This document shows positions 54,908-64,000 of a stretch of DNA of 64,000 bases, in pieces; position 1 is the first letter of the stretch, and each line of letters starts with the position of its first letter. The DNA is taken from contig QFOX01000001.1 of the NCBI GenBank assembly GCA_003241645.1, forward strand, positions 54,475 to 118,474. Direction: 5' to 3'. The translations under genes were made by a program, and so were the position numbers. Below the pieces are notes generated by a model, which had not been told where the DNA came from, did no database searches, and saw nothing but the letters and a program-made list of their open reading frames with translations. Origin of the DNA: Azospirillum brasilense. GTDB taxonomy: Bacteria; Pseudomonadota; Alphaproteobacteria; Rickettsiales; UBA3002.

Positions 54908-55011
54908 CGTAACTCGCGGCTGGATCTATGGACGATGGCGGCGCTAAAAACGTGATCGCCGCATATAAAGCGAACCTTACGTGCCGCAGGATTATTTGCA
55001 ATGGCTTAAAT

Positions 55012-55051
55012 AAAAAGGGAGTCCGATTCCCCGAAGGAAAAAGGACTCCCC
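55012..55051 (-). terminator. Rho-independent terminator of the small secreted-protein gene
   Basis: The minus strand reads GGGAGTCCtttttccttcggggaatcGGACTCCC followed by TTTTTATTT. A second hairpin, AACGGTTA...TAACCGTT, lies at 55053-55079. Confidence 0.7.
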
Positions 55052-55093
55052 CAACGGTTAACCCGAAAGGCTAACCGTTGTGTGGTTCAGCAG

Positions 55094-55420
55094 TCAGGCC
55101 GCGGCGATGGCGAGAGCAGGCGTGCTCTGCCGACGAAGCGACGTGAATGCGGCGGCAGCGTTGCGGGCATAGGCGATGGCGCGCGCGGCAGCGACCCCGA
55201 GGAGGCCGATGGTCGTGTGCGGATCGTTCTGCGTGCGCAAAGCGGTGCCTTCGATGCCGATGAGCTGCTGCGAGCCGGAAGCGGTGCGCATATCATTCAG
55301 CGGTTCGATCGCGCCGGAGCCGGGCATGGGGTTGCTGGCATCGCGGTTCAGTTCCTTGTTCGCCGACATAGCGAGCGCGGGCGTGGACATAGCGAGAGCA
55401 GCCAACAGTACTTTCCTCAT
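55094..55420 (-). CDS. Small secreted protein (108 aa), unknown function
   Basis: I use the ATG at 55420 with GGAG 9 nt upstream. Signal peptide is MRKVLLAALAMSTPALA. The C-terminus RRQSTPALAIAAA echoes the signal-peptide string STPALA. Followed by a good terminator. Confidence 0.55.
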   Translation of the reverse strand: MRKVLLAALAMSTPALAMSANKELNRDASNPMPGSGAIEPLNDMRTASGSQQLIGIEGTALRTQNDPHTTIGLLGVAAARAIAYARNAAAAFTSLRRQSTPALAIAAA

Positions 55421-55737
55421 GGTAGTCACTCCAAATAAGGGAACGGAAAAAACCGAACCCGAAACACTGCCCCGTACGCATTCCGAATGAATGGGTGCGG
55501 AAAGATTTTTTCGAACCTCTGAAAATGAGTTCACGTTCTAAAAATCAAAACAGCGGGCGCAGGCTAGCCAGCCGGTTCATAAGCATCACGTGAAGATTTG
55601 GTGACGGTGGCGCCCTGATAAAATCAATGGCTTAGCGGTGCCATGGGCCGGATTTTGCTGAAAAATGTGCATAAAAAGCCAAATCCTAACGTTTCTTCAA
55701 AGCTTTGTTCATGGTTCCTTAACCGCCAGCGGCGATA

Positions 55738-57522
<1,785 letters not shown>

Positions 57523-57545
57523 TTCGCGATTGGCCTGCGGCACGA

Positions 57546-57631
57546 GAAGGGATCTGCTATCCCTTCGTCGCCTCCGGCTCCTTACCCTTTCCGTTCACTT
57601 CGTTCACGGCTCGCGCCATAAAGCGCTACGC
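57546..57631 (+). repeat. Family-A repeat, half element, intergenic copy
   Basis: GAAGGGAtctgctaTCCCTTCgtcgcctccggctccttaccctttccgttcacttcgttcaCGGCTCgcgccataaagcgcTACGC. Confidence 0.75.
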
Positions 57632-57690
57632 GTTATGTAAAACCTGTGTATAGGGCGTAGGTTTAGTTGCAGTGACCCCCCAGATTTAGT

Positions 57691-58392
57691 ATGCGAAATA
57701 CATCCAAACACCACGGATGGGGTCTTATGCAGCATTCTCCCTTTTCGCCCGCGAACCTGAACGCGCAAGCCCACCGCCAGCTCATGACCTATTGGCGCGT
57801 GCGGATCCACAAAACCCTTGAGCAGCTGGAAACCGAAATGCGCCGCATGTTGCGCGTGGAATCCGGACTGGAACGTTTCGCGCTGGATATGGTGGCGCGC
57901 CTGCAGCCCTTCGCGGCCATGCTGGCGCATGTGCCCGCCGCGGTGGCCGAGCCGGTGGCCCTGCCGAAAGCGCCGTTCGAATGGGTGCAGCAGGCCGTGG
58001 GCGATGCGCGCGCGCGCGAGCTGAAGGCCCGCTTCCGCCAGTTGGCGAAAGAACTCCACCCGGATGCGACCGTAAGCGAAGCCGGGCGCCCCACCATGGC
58101 GCAAGTGAACCACGCCTATGCCACCAGCGACCTGGCCGCCCTTGTGCGGCTGGAGGCGCAATTGCTCGCCCCGGCGGAAGATGCGCCCGTGCAGGCCTTC
58201 GAGGAGTTTGTGCGGCAGGTGGAGCAAGCCACCCAGACCTACCGTCAGGCTTACACCAAGCTGCTGAATTCACCGCTCTATGCGCTGTATGCCCGCGCGG
58301 CCAGTGCGCAGGAAGACGGCTGGGATTTCGTGGAATCGCTCACCCGCCGCATCAAGCGCGTGGCGGAAAGCACCGCCCCACTCGCGGCGTAG
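57691..58392 (+). CDS. J-domain-like protein (HPD motif in the middle of the protein)
   Basis: 233 aa. LKARFRQLAKELHPDATVSEAGRPTMAQVNHAYATSDLAAL matches the J-domain helix II / HPD / helix III pattern. The rest is unrecognised. Confidence 0.55.
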   Translation: MRNTSKHHGWGLMQHSPFSPANLNAQAHRQLMTYWRVRIHKTLEQLETEMRRMLRVESGLERFALDMVARLQPFAAMLAHVPAAVAEPVALPKAPFEWVQQAVGDARARELKARFRQLAKELHPDATVSEAGRPTMAQVNHAYATSDLAALVRLEAQLLAPAEDAPVQAFEEFVRQVEQATQTYRQAYTKLLNSPLYALYARAASAQEDGWDFVESLTRRIKRVAESTAPLAA

Positions 58393-58395
58393 CTA

Positions 58396-59208
58396 CTAGA
58401 ACGCGTTCAGGAAATAGAGCGAGCAGCCAATGGTCGAGCTGCTTAGCAGGTACGTGGCGCTGGTGTCCGTAGCGCTGGCGGCCGTACTGCAGAGATTGGT
58501 GGAGTTCTGATAGAGCGGGATGATCTTGCCCGAGACGGGCCGCCCATCATCCATCTTCGTGTCGATGTTCCATGCTTCTTCCGGCTTTAGCACATTGCCA
58601 CCCGGAACATTACCACCCCCAGCCCACTGACGACCGAACATGAAATAAGGGGGATACCCGTTGGCGATATGCATGGTGGTAAAACACCCGCCGCCATAAC
58701 CACAATTGGTTTGGGCCGCGCCCCAGCCCGCATTCGAAAGTTTTGCGCGCGGCGAGTTCGTGCCCGGCACGACATCCGCCGAATTGTTCGTGGGCCCGGC
58801 AAGCCCGGTGTACGTACCTTCGATAAGCCCTGCCAATGCCAAGTGCCGCCAGAATTGATGCATTTCACGCGATGTGCTTACGGCACCGCTATTGTCCCAC
58901 AGGATGGTGCCATCGCCATTGCCATCGCACGCGCCAGCACTGTTCACAGTGGCGCCACTATTGGTGGTGCAGTTGCTGCCATTCACCTGCCAGCCCCAAA
59001 ACTTGGTCGCGTCGCGGAAATCACCCGGCACGGCGAAGTATTTGTCGCGGAAGGTCATGGCCGCGGCGGCATAGCGGCTATATTCCGTGCTCACGGCCCG
59101 CAACTCAGCCGCGCGAATGAGCGCCTGCCCCCCAAGGATACCGCCGGTAAGCAGCCCGAGAATGACCAGAACGATCGAGAGTTCAACCAGCGAAAATGCG
59201 TGCTTCAT
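58396..59208 (-). CDS. Type IV pilin-like / pseudopilin protein with prepilin-type N-terminal methylation motif
   Basis: 270 aa. The N-terminus MKHA-FSLVELSIVLVILGLLTGGILGG is a class III signal peptide with E at +5 and Ala at -1. The C-terminal globular part has 6 Cys. Confidence 0.7.
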   Translation of the reverse strand: MKHAFSLVELSIVLVILGLLTGGILGGQALIRAAELRAVSTEYSRYAAAAMTFRDKYFAVPGDFRDATKFWGWQVNGSNCTTNSGATVNSAGACDGNGDGTILWDNSGAVSTSREMHQFWRHLALAGLIEGTYTGLAGPTNNSADVVPGTNSPRAKLSNAGWGAAQTNCGYGGGCFTTMHIANGYPPYFMFGRQWAGGGNVPGGNVLKPEEAWNIDTKMDDGRPVSGKIIPLYQNSTNLCSTAASATDTSATYLLSSSTIGCSLYFLNAF

Positions 59209-59217
59209 ATGTCCATG

Positions 59218-59246
59218 ATTATAAGGGTAAATGCATGCCCTATCTA
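59218..59246 (-). promoter_or_regulatory. Candidate sigma70-type promoter of the pilin-like gene
   Basis: The minus strand reads TAGATA-17 nt-TATAAT, with TATAAT ending 9 nt before the ATG. This predicts a leaderless or near-leaderless mRNA. No clear Shine-Dalgarno sequence is present. Confidence 0.3.
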
Positions 59247-59279
59247 GAAAAAACAGCCTCCCGCGAGGGAAGCTGTTTT
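59246..59279 (-). terminator. Rho-independent terminator after rpoH
   Basis: The minus strand reads AACAGCTTCCCtcgcGGGAGGCTGTT followed by TTTTT. Confidence 0.75.
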
Positions 59280-59332
59280 GAGATGGTTCACTGGTATCGT
59301 TCAGGAATGAAAACGAGAGGTACTGTGCTGCG

Positions 59333-60241
59333 TTACGCTGCGGCTGCTTTCGGCAGTAGCGGCTTGCCAGCGGCGGCCAGCACGAACTTGGTCATTTTGT
59401 CCATGGCGCGGGCCTCGATCTGGCGCACGCGTTCGCGGCTGATGTTGTAGCGCTGCGAAAGCTCCTCCAGCGTGATCTGGTCCTCGCTGAGGCGGCGATG
59501 CAGGATGATGTCGCGCTCACGCGCGTTCAGCGTTTCCATGGCCTGCACCATCAGTTCGCGCTTCTGGGCGTATTCTTCGTGGTCGCCCAGCGTGGTTTCC
59601 TGATTGTCGCGCGTATCGGCCAGCATGTCCATCCACGCGCCGGAATCGCCGTCCTGCGTCATGGGTGCGTCCAGCCGCTGGTCATTGGCGCTCATGCGGC
59701 TGTCCATGTCGATCACGTCCTGCTCGTTCACGTTAAGCTCGGCAGCGATCAGGCGGATCTCCTCCGGCGTCAGCACGGCGGATTCATCGATGCGCTGCAG
59801 GCGTTTTTTCATTTTCTTCAGATTGAAGAACAGGCGTTTCTGTGCCGCCGAGCTACCCATTTTCACGAGGCTCCAGCTGCGCAGCACGAATTCCTGAATG
59901 CTCGCTTTGATCCACCACATGGCGTAGGTGGAAAGGCGGAAGCCTTTTTCCGGCTCGAACTTTTTCACCGCCTGCATCAGGCCGATATTGCCTTCGGCGA
60001 TCAGCTCGGCCATGGGCAGGCCGTAGCCGCGGTATCCGCTGGCGATCTTGGCGACAAGGCGCAGGTGCGAGGTGACCAGCTGGTGCGCGGCCTCGTAGTC
60101 CATGTCCTCGGTCCAGCGTTTGGCGAGGGCGTATTCCTCGTCGGCGGTGAGGATGGGGAATTTCTGGATCTCCTGCATGTAGCTCCGCAGCCCGCCATCG
60201 GGCGAAATTGCAGGAACAGCCATTGTTTTAACGTTTGCCAT
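59333..60241 (-). CDS. rpoH: RNA polymerase sigma-32 (heat-shock sigma factor)
   Basis: I use the ATG at 60241 with GGAAAGG 8 nt upstream. Contains HLRLVAKIA, IAEGNIGLMQAVKKFEP, YAMWWIKASIQEF and the RpoH box QKRLFFNLKK. Confidence 0.92.
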   Translation of the reverse strand: MANVKTMAVPAISPDGGLRSYMQEIQKFPILTADEEYALAKRWTEDMDYEAAHQLVTSHLRLVAKIASGYRGYGLPMAELIAEGNIGLMQAVKKFEPEKGFRLSTYAMWWIKASIQEFVLRSWSLVKMGSSAAQKRLFFNLKKMKKRLQRIDESAVLTPEEIRLIAAELNVNEQDVIDMDSRMSANDQRLDAPMTQDGDSGAWMDMLADTRDNQETTLGDHEEYAQKRELMVQAMETLNARERDIILHRRLSEDQITLEELSQRYNISRERVRQIEARAMDKMTKFVLAAAGKPLLPKAAAA

Positions 60242-60380
60242 GGTCACAACCTTTCCGTTGTTGCCGTGTATTGTTTCTTAACTGAATCAAATCACATATA
60301 AATGCGCCATAAGGCGCAGAAACATTCGCTCGGGAAGGCGCGAAGCGCGCATCGATAGCGATTGGCTGATATGTACCGGA

Positions 60381-61388
60381 CTAGGCCCGGTTTGTCAAGG
60401 AAAGCAGGGTGCGCTCAAGGGCCTCGAGATCCGCAGGAATCGGGCATGAAAACAGCATTTCCTCGCCCGAAAAAGGATGGATTAGCGCCAGTTCCAGCGC
60501 GTGTAACGCCTGACGATGAAATCCGGTTAATGAAAGCAGTGTTTCCTGCGGGATGACACTGTGCGAACTGCGCATGCGATTGAAGCGCGTACCCGGCGCT
60601 GTGCCGTACAGCGCATCGCCGATCAGCTGGCATTTGCGGTGCGCCATGTGCACGCGGATCTGGTGCGTGCGGCCGGTGTCGAGCTGGCACATCACCTTGC
60701 TGGCCACCGGGTTGATGGAGGATTTGGGAATGTACTGGTCCATCGTTTCGTAGAAGGTCAGCGCGTGCTTGCCGCCTTCCACCACCGCCATTTGCTTGCG
60801 CATGCGGGGATTGCGCGCGATCGGCGCATCGATCTCGCCCTCGCGCGGGGTCAATGCGCCCCACACGTAGCAGATATAGGTACGGCTCAGCGTGCGGTCC
60901 TTCAGCTGCGCGGAAAGCGACTGGTGCGCCGCGTCGTTCTTTGCCACCACCAGCAGGCCCGAGGTGTCTTTGTCGATGCGGTGGACGATGCCGGGGCGCG
61001 CCACGCCACCAATGCCGGAAAGCGTGTCACCGCAATGCGCCAGCAGCGCATGCACCAACGTGCCCGACTGCGCGCCGGGGGCGGGGTGCACGGTCATGCC
61101 CGGCGCTTTGTTGATGACGAGCAGGTGCTCATCCTCGAACACCACATCCAGCGCGATCTTCTCAGGCGTGAGTTGCAGGGCCTTCACCTCCGGCACGGTG
61201 ATGGTATAGGTCTCGCCTTCCTTCACTTTGTAGCTGGCGTTGCGCGATGGGCTGACCTGCCCCTCATCCAGCAATTGCTGCACGCGCGCGCGGCTGGTGC
61301 CTTCCAGCTGGTCGCTGATGAATTTGTCCAGCCGGGTGCTGGCATCGTATTCGCCGACGGTGAGGGTATGGGTTTGTGTGGTGCTCAT
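60381..61388 (-). CDS. rluD: 23S rRNA pseudouridine synthase RluD family
   Basis: 335 aa. S4 domain (RLDKFISDQL) and catalytic motif VHRIDKDTSGLLVVAKN, then GRTHQIRVH. Confidence 0.9.
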   Translation of the reverse strand: MSTTQTHTLTVGEYDASTRLDKFISDQLEGTSRARVQQLLDEGQVSPSRNASYKVKEGETYTITVPEVKALQLTPEKIALDVVFEDEHLLVINKAPGMTVHPAPGAQSGTLVHALLAHCGDTLSGIGGVARPGIVHRIDKDTSGLLVVAKNDAAHQSLSAQLKDRTLSRTYICYVWGALTPREGEIDAPIARNPRMRKQMAVVEGGKHALTFYETMDQYIPKSSINPVASKVMCQLDTGRTHQIRVHMAHRKCQLIGDALYGTAPGTRFNRMRSSHSVIPQETLLSLTGFHRQALHALELALIHPFSGEEMLFSCPIPADLEALERTLLSLTNRA

Positions 61389-61400
61389 GCTCTATTCCTT

Positions 61401-61549
61401 GTCATCCCGTACACGCTGCCAGTAGGCAGCATGTTACGGGATCCAGACATTTCCAAAAGCCAGTAGGCTTTTGGAAATAACGCAAAACTCCTACTTGAGT
61501 TTTGCTGCGATGGATACCGGATAAAATTTTCTCCTGAAAATTTTTCCGG
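61401..61549. repeat. Array of four consecutive stem-loops in the M16-rluD intergenic region
   Basis: Hairpin 1 is GTCATCCCGTAcacGCTGCCagtaGGCAGCatgTTACGGGATCC. Hairpin 2 is ATTTCCAAAAGCCagtaGGCTTTTGGAAAT with a perfect 13-bp stem. Hairpin 3 is GCAAAACTCctacttGAGTTTTGC. Hairpin 4 is CCGGAtaaaattttctcctgaaaattttTCCGG. Confidence 0.75.
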
Positions 61550-61565
61550 CATGACGGCGTTTGGT

Positions 61566-62825
61566 TTATGCGGCCAGCGCCCAAACGAAATCCACCTCCG
61601 CCACGCTGCCTTGCGGGCCCAGTGCGGCGACCGCGGGGGTGGTGGCGAACATGCGCGACGCGACGCGGCGAATGTCCGCCTCGGTGATGGATTCGATCTG
61701 CTCCAGAATTTCATCGGCCGTTTTGTAGCGGCCATACACATGCAAATGCCGCGCGATCCATTCAGCAATGGCGCCGCTGGATTCGCGCGTCATCACGATG
61801 CCGGCTTTCAGCTGGTTCTTGGCGCGCAGCAATTCGGCGGCGCTTACGCCCAGTGCGCTGGTGCCCAGCACGCGCTTCAGGCCTTCCAGCAATTCGGGCA
61901 CTTTCTCGGCGCTGGTGCCCGCATAGATGCCGACCACGCCCACATCCTGATAGGCACTGGCGAAGGCCGATACCGAATAGGCGAGCCCGCGCTCCTCGCG
62001 GATTTCCTGGAACAGGCGTGAGCTCATGCCGCCACCCAGAATGGTGCCGAACACCTGCAGCGCGTAGTAATCCTCGTGGCTGCTGGGCATGCCGGGGTAG
62101 CCGAGCAGCAATTGCACCTGCTCGAGATCTTTCTCCTGCGTGCGGCGGCCGGTGTGGAAGGTGGCAGGCGCCGGTGGCAGCACCACGCCCTGCGTGTGCC
62201 GTGCGCCGAAGAATTCGCCCGCAATGGCGGTGACTTCCGCATGGTTCACCGCCCCCGCGGCGCTGATGACCATGCGCGTGGGCTGGTAATGTTTGTCGGT
62301 ATAGGCGATGAGATCATCGCGGCTGTAGGCCGACACTTGCGCTTCCGGGCCAAGAATGCTGCGGCCCAGCGGCTGGCCTTCGAACACGGCTTCCTGGAAC
62401 AGGTCGAACACCACGTCGTCGGGCGAATCCTGATGCATGGCGATCTCCTGCAGGATCACCTCGCGCTCGCGCTCCAGCTCGGTGGCGTCGAACACCGAAT
62501 CGGCGACGATCTCGCACAGCAGGGTCAGCGCCTGCGTGCCGTATTCTTTCAGTACTTTCGCGTAATAGACTGTGTGTTCATGGCTGGTGTAGGCGTTCAC
62601 GTTGCCGCCCATCAGGTCGAACGCTTCGGCGATGCGGCGCGCGTTCAGTTTGCTGGTGCCCTTGAAGGCCATGTGTTCCAGCAGGTGCGACAGGCCGTTC
62701 TCGGCCAGTTCCTCGTGGCGGGCGCCCACATCCACCGCAATGGCGAAGGCGGCCGAATGGGTGTTGTCCAGCATTTCGCTGGCCACGCGCAGGCCATTGG
62801 GCAGGGTGCTTAGCTGATAGCTCAT
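61566..62825 (-). CDS. M16 (pitrilysin) family zinc peptidase
   Basis: 419 aa. The inverted zinc motif HxxEH occurs in GLSHLLEHMAFKGT. ATGA overlap with the thrC stop. Confidence 0.88.
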   Translation of the reverse strand: MSYQLSTLPNGLRVASEMLDNTHSAAFAIAVDVGARHEELAENGLSHLLEHMAFKGTSKLNARRIAEAFDLMGGNVNAYTSHEHTVYYAKVLKEYGTQALTLLCEIVADSVFDATELEREREVILQEIAMHQDSPDDVVFDLFQEAVFEGQPLGRSILGPEAQVSAYSRDDLIAYTDKHYQPTRMVISAAGAVNHAEVTAIAGEFFGARHTQGVVLPPAPATFHTGRRTQEKDLEQVQLLLGYPGMPSSHEDYYALQVFGTILGGGMSSRLFQEIREERGLAYSVSAFASAYQDVGVVGIYAGTSAEKVPELLEGLKRVLGTSALGVSAAELLRAKNQLKAGIVMTRESSGAIAEWIARHLHVYGRYKTADEILEQIESITEADIRRVASRMFATTPAVAALGPQGSVAEVDFVWALAA

Positions 62826-64000
62826 AGGCTACGGATATAGTGCACCAACGCCGCGGCGTCATTGGCCAGCGGGGTGATTTTTTCCGCGCGATCGAACAGA
62901 TCGGCCATGTGCGACGGCAGGGCCGGGTGCTGGCCGGTGGCTTGCACCACCGCTTCGGGGAATTTGGCCGGGTGCGCGGTCGCCAGCGTGACGGTGATGC
63001 CCGGCGCAGCAATGGCCTGCGCGGCGGCCACGCCCACGGCGGTGTGCGGGTCCAGCACGTAGCCGCTGTCGGCATGGGTTTTGGCGATGGTGGCCAGCGT
63101 CGTCGCGTCATCCACCGCGTGGGCGGCGAACATGGCGGTGAAGCTTGCATGCGCATCAGCGCTGAGCGTGAGCGATTTGGTCGCGCGGAAATCGGCGATC
63201 AGTTGGCTCAACCGTGCGCCGTCGCGGCCATAGAGGTCGAACAGCAGGCGTTCGAAGTTGCTGGCGATCTGGATGTCCATGCTGGGGCTGAGCGTCGCAT
63301 CCACCCCGGTGATGGCGTATTCGCCGCTGTGCACGGCGCGGCTTAGAATGTCGTTCTTGTTGGTGGCGATCATCAGCTTGCCCATGGGCAGGCCCATCTG
63401 CCGCGCAATGTAGCCCGCGAAAATATCGCCAAAATTGCCGGTCGGCACGCAGAAATTCAATGGGTTAGCGGGAGCACCCAAACGCAGCGCCGCGTAGAAA
63501 TAATACACTACCTGCGCCAGCACCCGCACCCAGTTGATGGAGTTAACCGCCAGCAATGTGGTGCCCGCGCGCAGCTGCGCATCGGCGAACAGGGCTTTCA
63601 CCAGGTCCTGGCAATCGTCGAACGTGCCGTCCACTTCCATGGCGTGCACGTTGGCCTCGCCGGTGGTGGTCATCTGGCGGCGCTGTACGGCGCTGGTGCG
63701 CCCGCGCGGATACAGGATCACGATATCGAGGTTTGCACGACCCCGGCAGCCTGCAATGGCGGCCGAACCCGTATCGCCCGAGGTGGCGCCCAGCACCACC
63801 GCGCGATCGGCGGAGTCTTTCAGGGCTTCGTCCATCAAATGGCCAACGAGTTGCAGCGCAAAGTCCTTGAAGGCCAGCGTGGGGCCGTGGAAAAGCTCCA
63901 GTACGAAATGCTGCGGGCCAAGCTGCACCAGCGGCGCAATCGCGCTGTGGCGGAAGCTGGCATAGGCCTTGTCGATGCAGGCGCGCAGCTGCGCGTCGGT
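62822..64000 (-). CDS. thrC: Threonine synthase, C-terminal ~392 aa (5' end beyond the right edge)
   Basis: The frame is open to the window edge. My translation upstream of the track start reads TDAQLRACIDKAYASFRHSAIAPLVQLGPQHFVLELFHGPTLAFKDFALQ, where the PLP lysine motif is FKD. Also contains GATSGDTGSAA. Confidence 0.88.
   Translation of the reverse strand, partial: TDAQLRACIDKAYASFRHSAIAPLVQLGPQHFVLELFHGPTLAFKDFALQLVGHLMDEALKDSADRAVVLGATSGDTGSAAIAGCRGRANLDIVILYPRGRTSAVQRRQMTTTGEANVHAMEVDGTFDDCQDLVKALFADAQLRAGTTLLAVNSINWVRVLAQVVYYFYAALRLGAPANPLNFCVPTGNFGDIFAGYIARQMGLPMGKLMIATNKNDILSRAVHSGEYAITGVDATLSPSMDIQIASNFERLLFDLYGRDGARLSQLIADFRATKSLTLSADAHASFTAMFAAHAVDDATTLATIAKTHADSGYVLDPHTAVGVAAAQAIAAPGITVTLATAHPAKFPEAVVQATGQHPALPSHMADLFDRAEKITPLANDAAALVHYIRSL

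Noticed and set aside
60303-60318. Hairpin TGCGCCataaGGCGCA between rluD and rpoH, considered as a terminator.
   Set aside because: The stem is short (6 bp) and is followed by TTTATAT rather than a clean U-tract. It may attenuate transcription, but I cannot support a terminator call. rluD and rpoH may be co-transcribed, or rpoH may have its own promoter here.

Overview
GC-rich chromosomal segment that looks alphaproteobacterial. The gene-order hallmarks are yfgM-like/bamB/der, rluD-rpoH, thrC-M16 peptidase and rsmE-gshA. I cannot place the genus from the sequence alone. I support about 58 CDS and 2 tRNAs (Arg-CCG, Thr-UGU). I see no rRNA, CRISPR array, IS element, integrase or prophage. Housekeeping genes include uvrB (partial), guaA, der, nrdA/nrdB, prmA-like, mnmC, murI, ubiA, rsmE, gshA, comM/yifB, rpoH, rluD and thrC (partial). 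Two paralogous Tad/Cpa (type IVc) pilus loci are present. Locus 1 (703-8387, minus) is cpaB-C-D-E-F-tadB-C. Locus 2 (36768-47768, plus) is cpaB-C-D-E-F-tadB-C, tadD, tadE, tadF-like and tadG. Locus 2 is flanked by an EAL gene on one side and, on the other, by tRNA-Thr, a hemerythrin gene and a degenerate-GGDEF/EAL gene. Neither locus has a recognisable flp pilin or prepilin peptidase in the window. The most unusual signal is a family of GC-rich two-hairpin palindromic repeats. Copies lie in intergenic DNA and also, in frame and open, inside rsmE (a complete two-armed copy) and mnmC (two copies), reminiscent of Rickettsia palindromic elements. Other items worth a second look: a translationally coupled four-gene operon (PurN-like formyltransferase, two paralogous beta-propeller proteins, SAM methyltransferase); an exported protein gene wedged between nrdA and nrdB; a composition break inside the 3' end of manC followed by an AT-rich island; a 664-aa orphan HExxH protein; an orphan type IV pilin-like gene with Ala at -1 and a near-leaderless layout; and several dense palindrome or hairpin arrays. 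Most long ORFs in the track that lie antisense to these genes are GC-driven shadow ORFs and were rejected.
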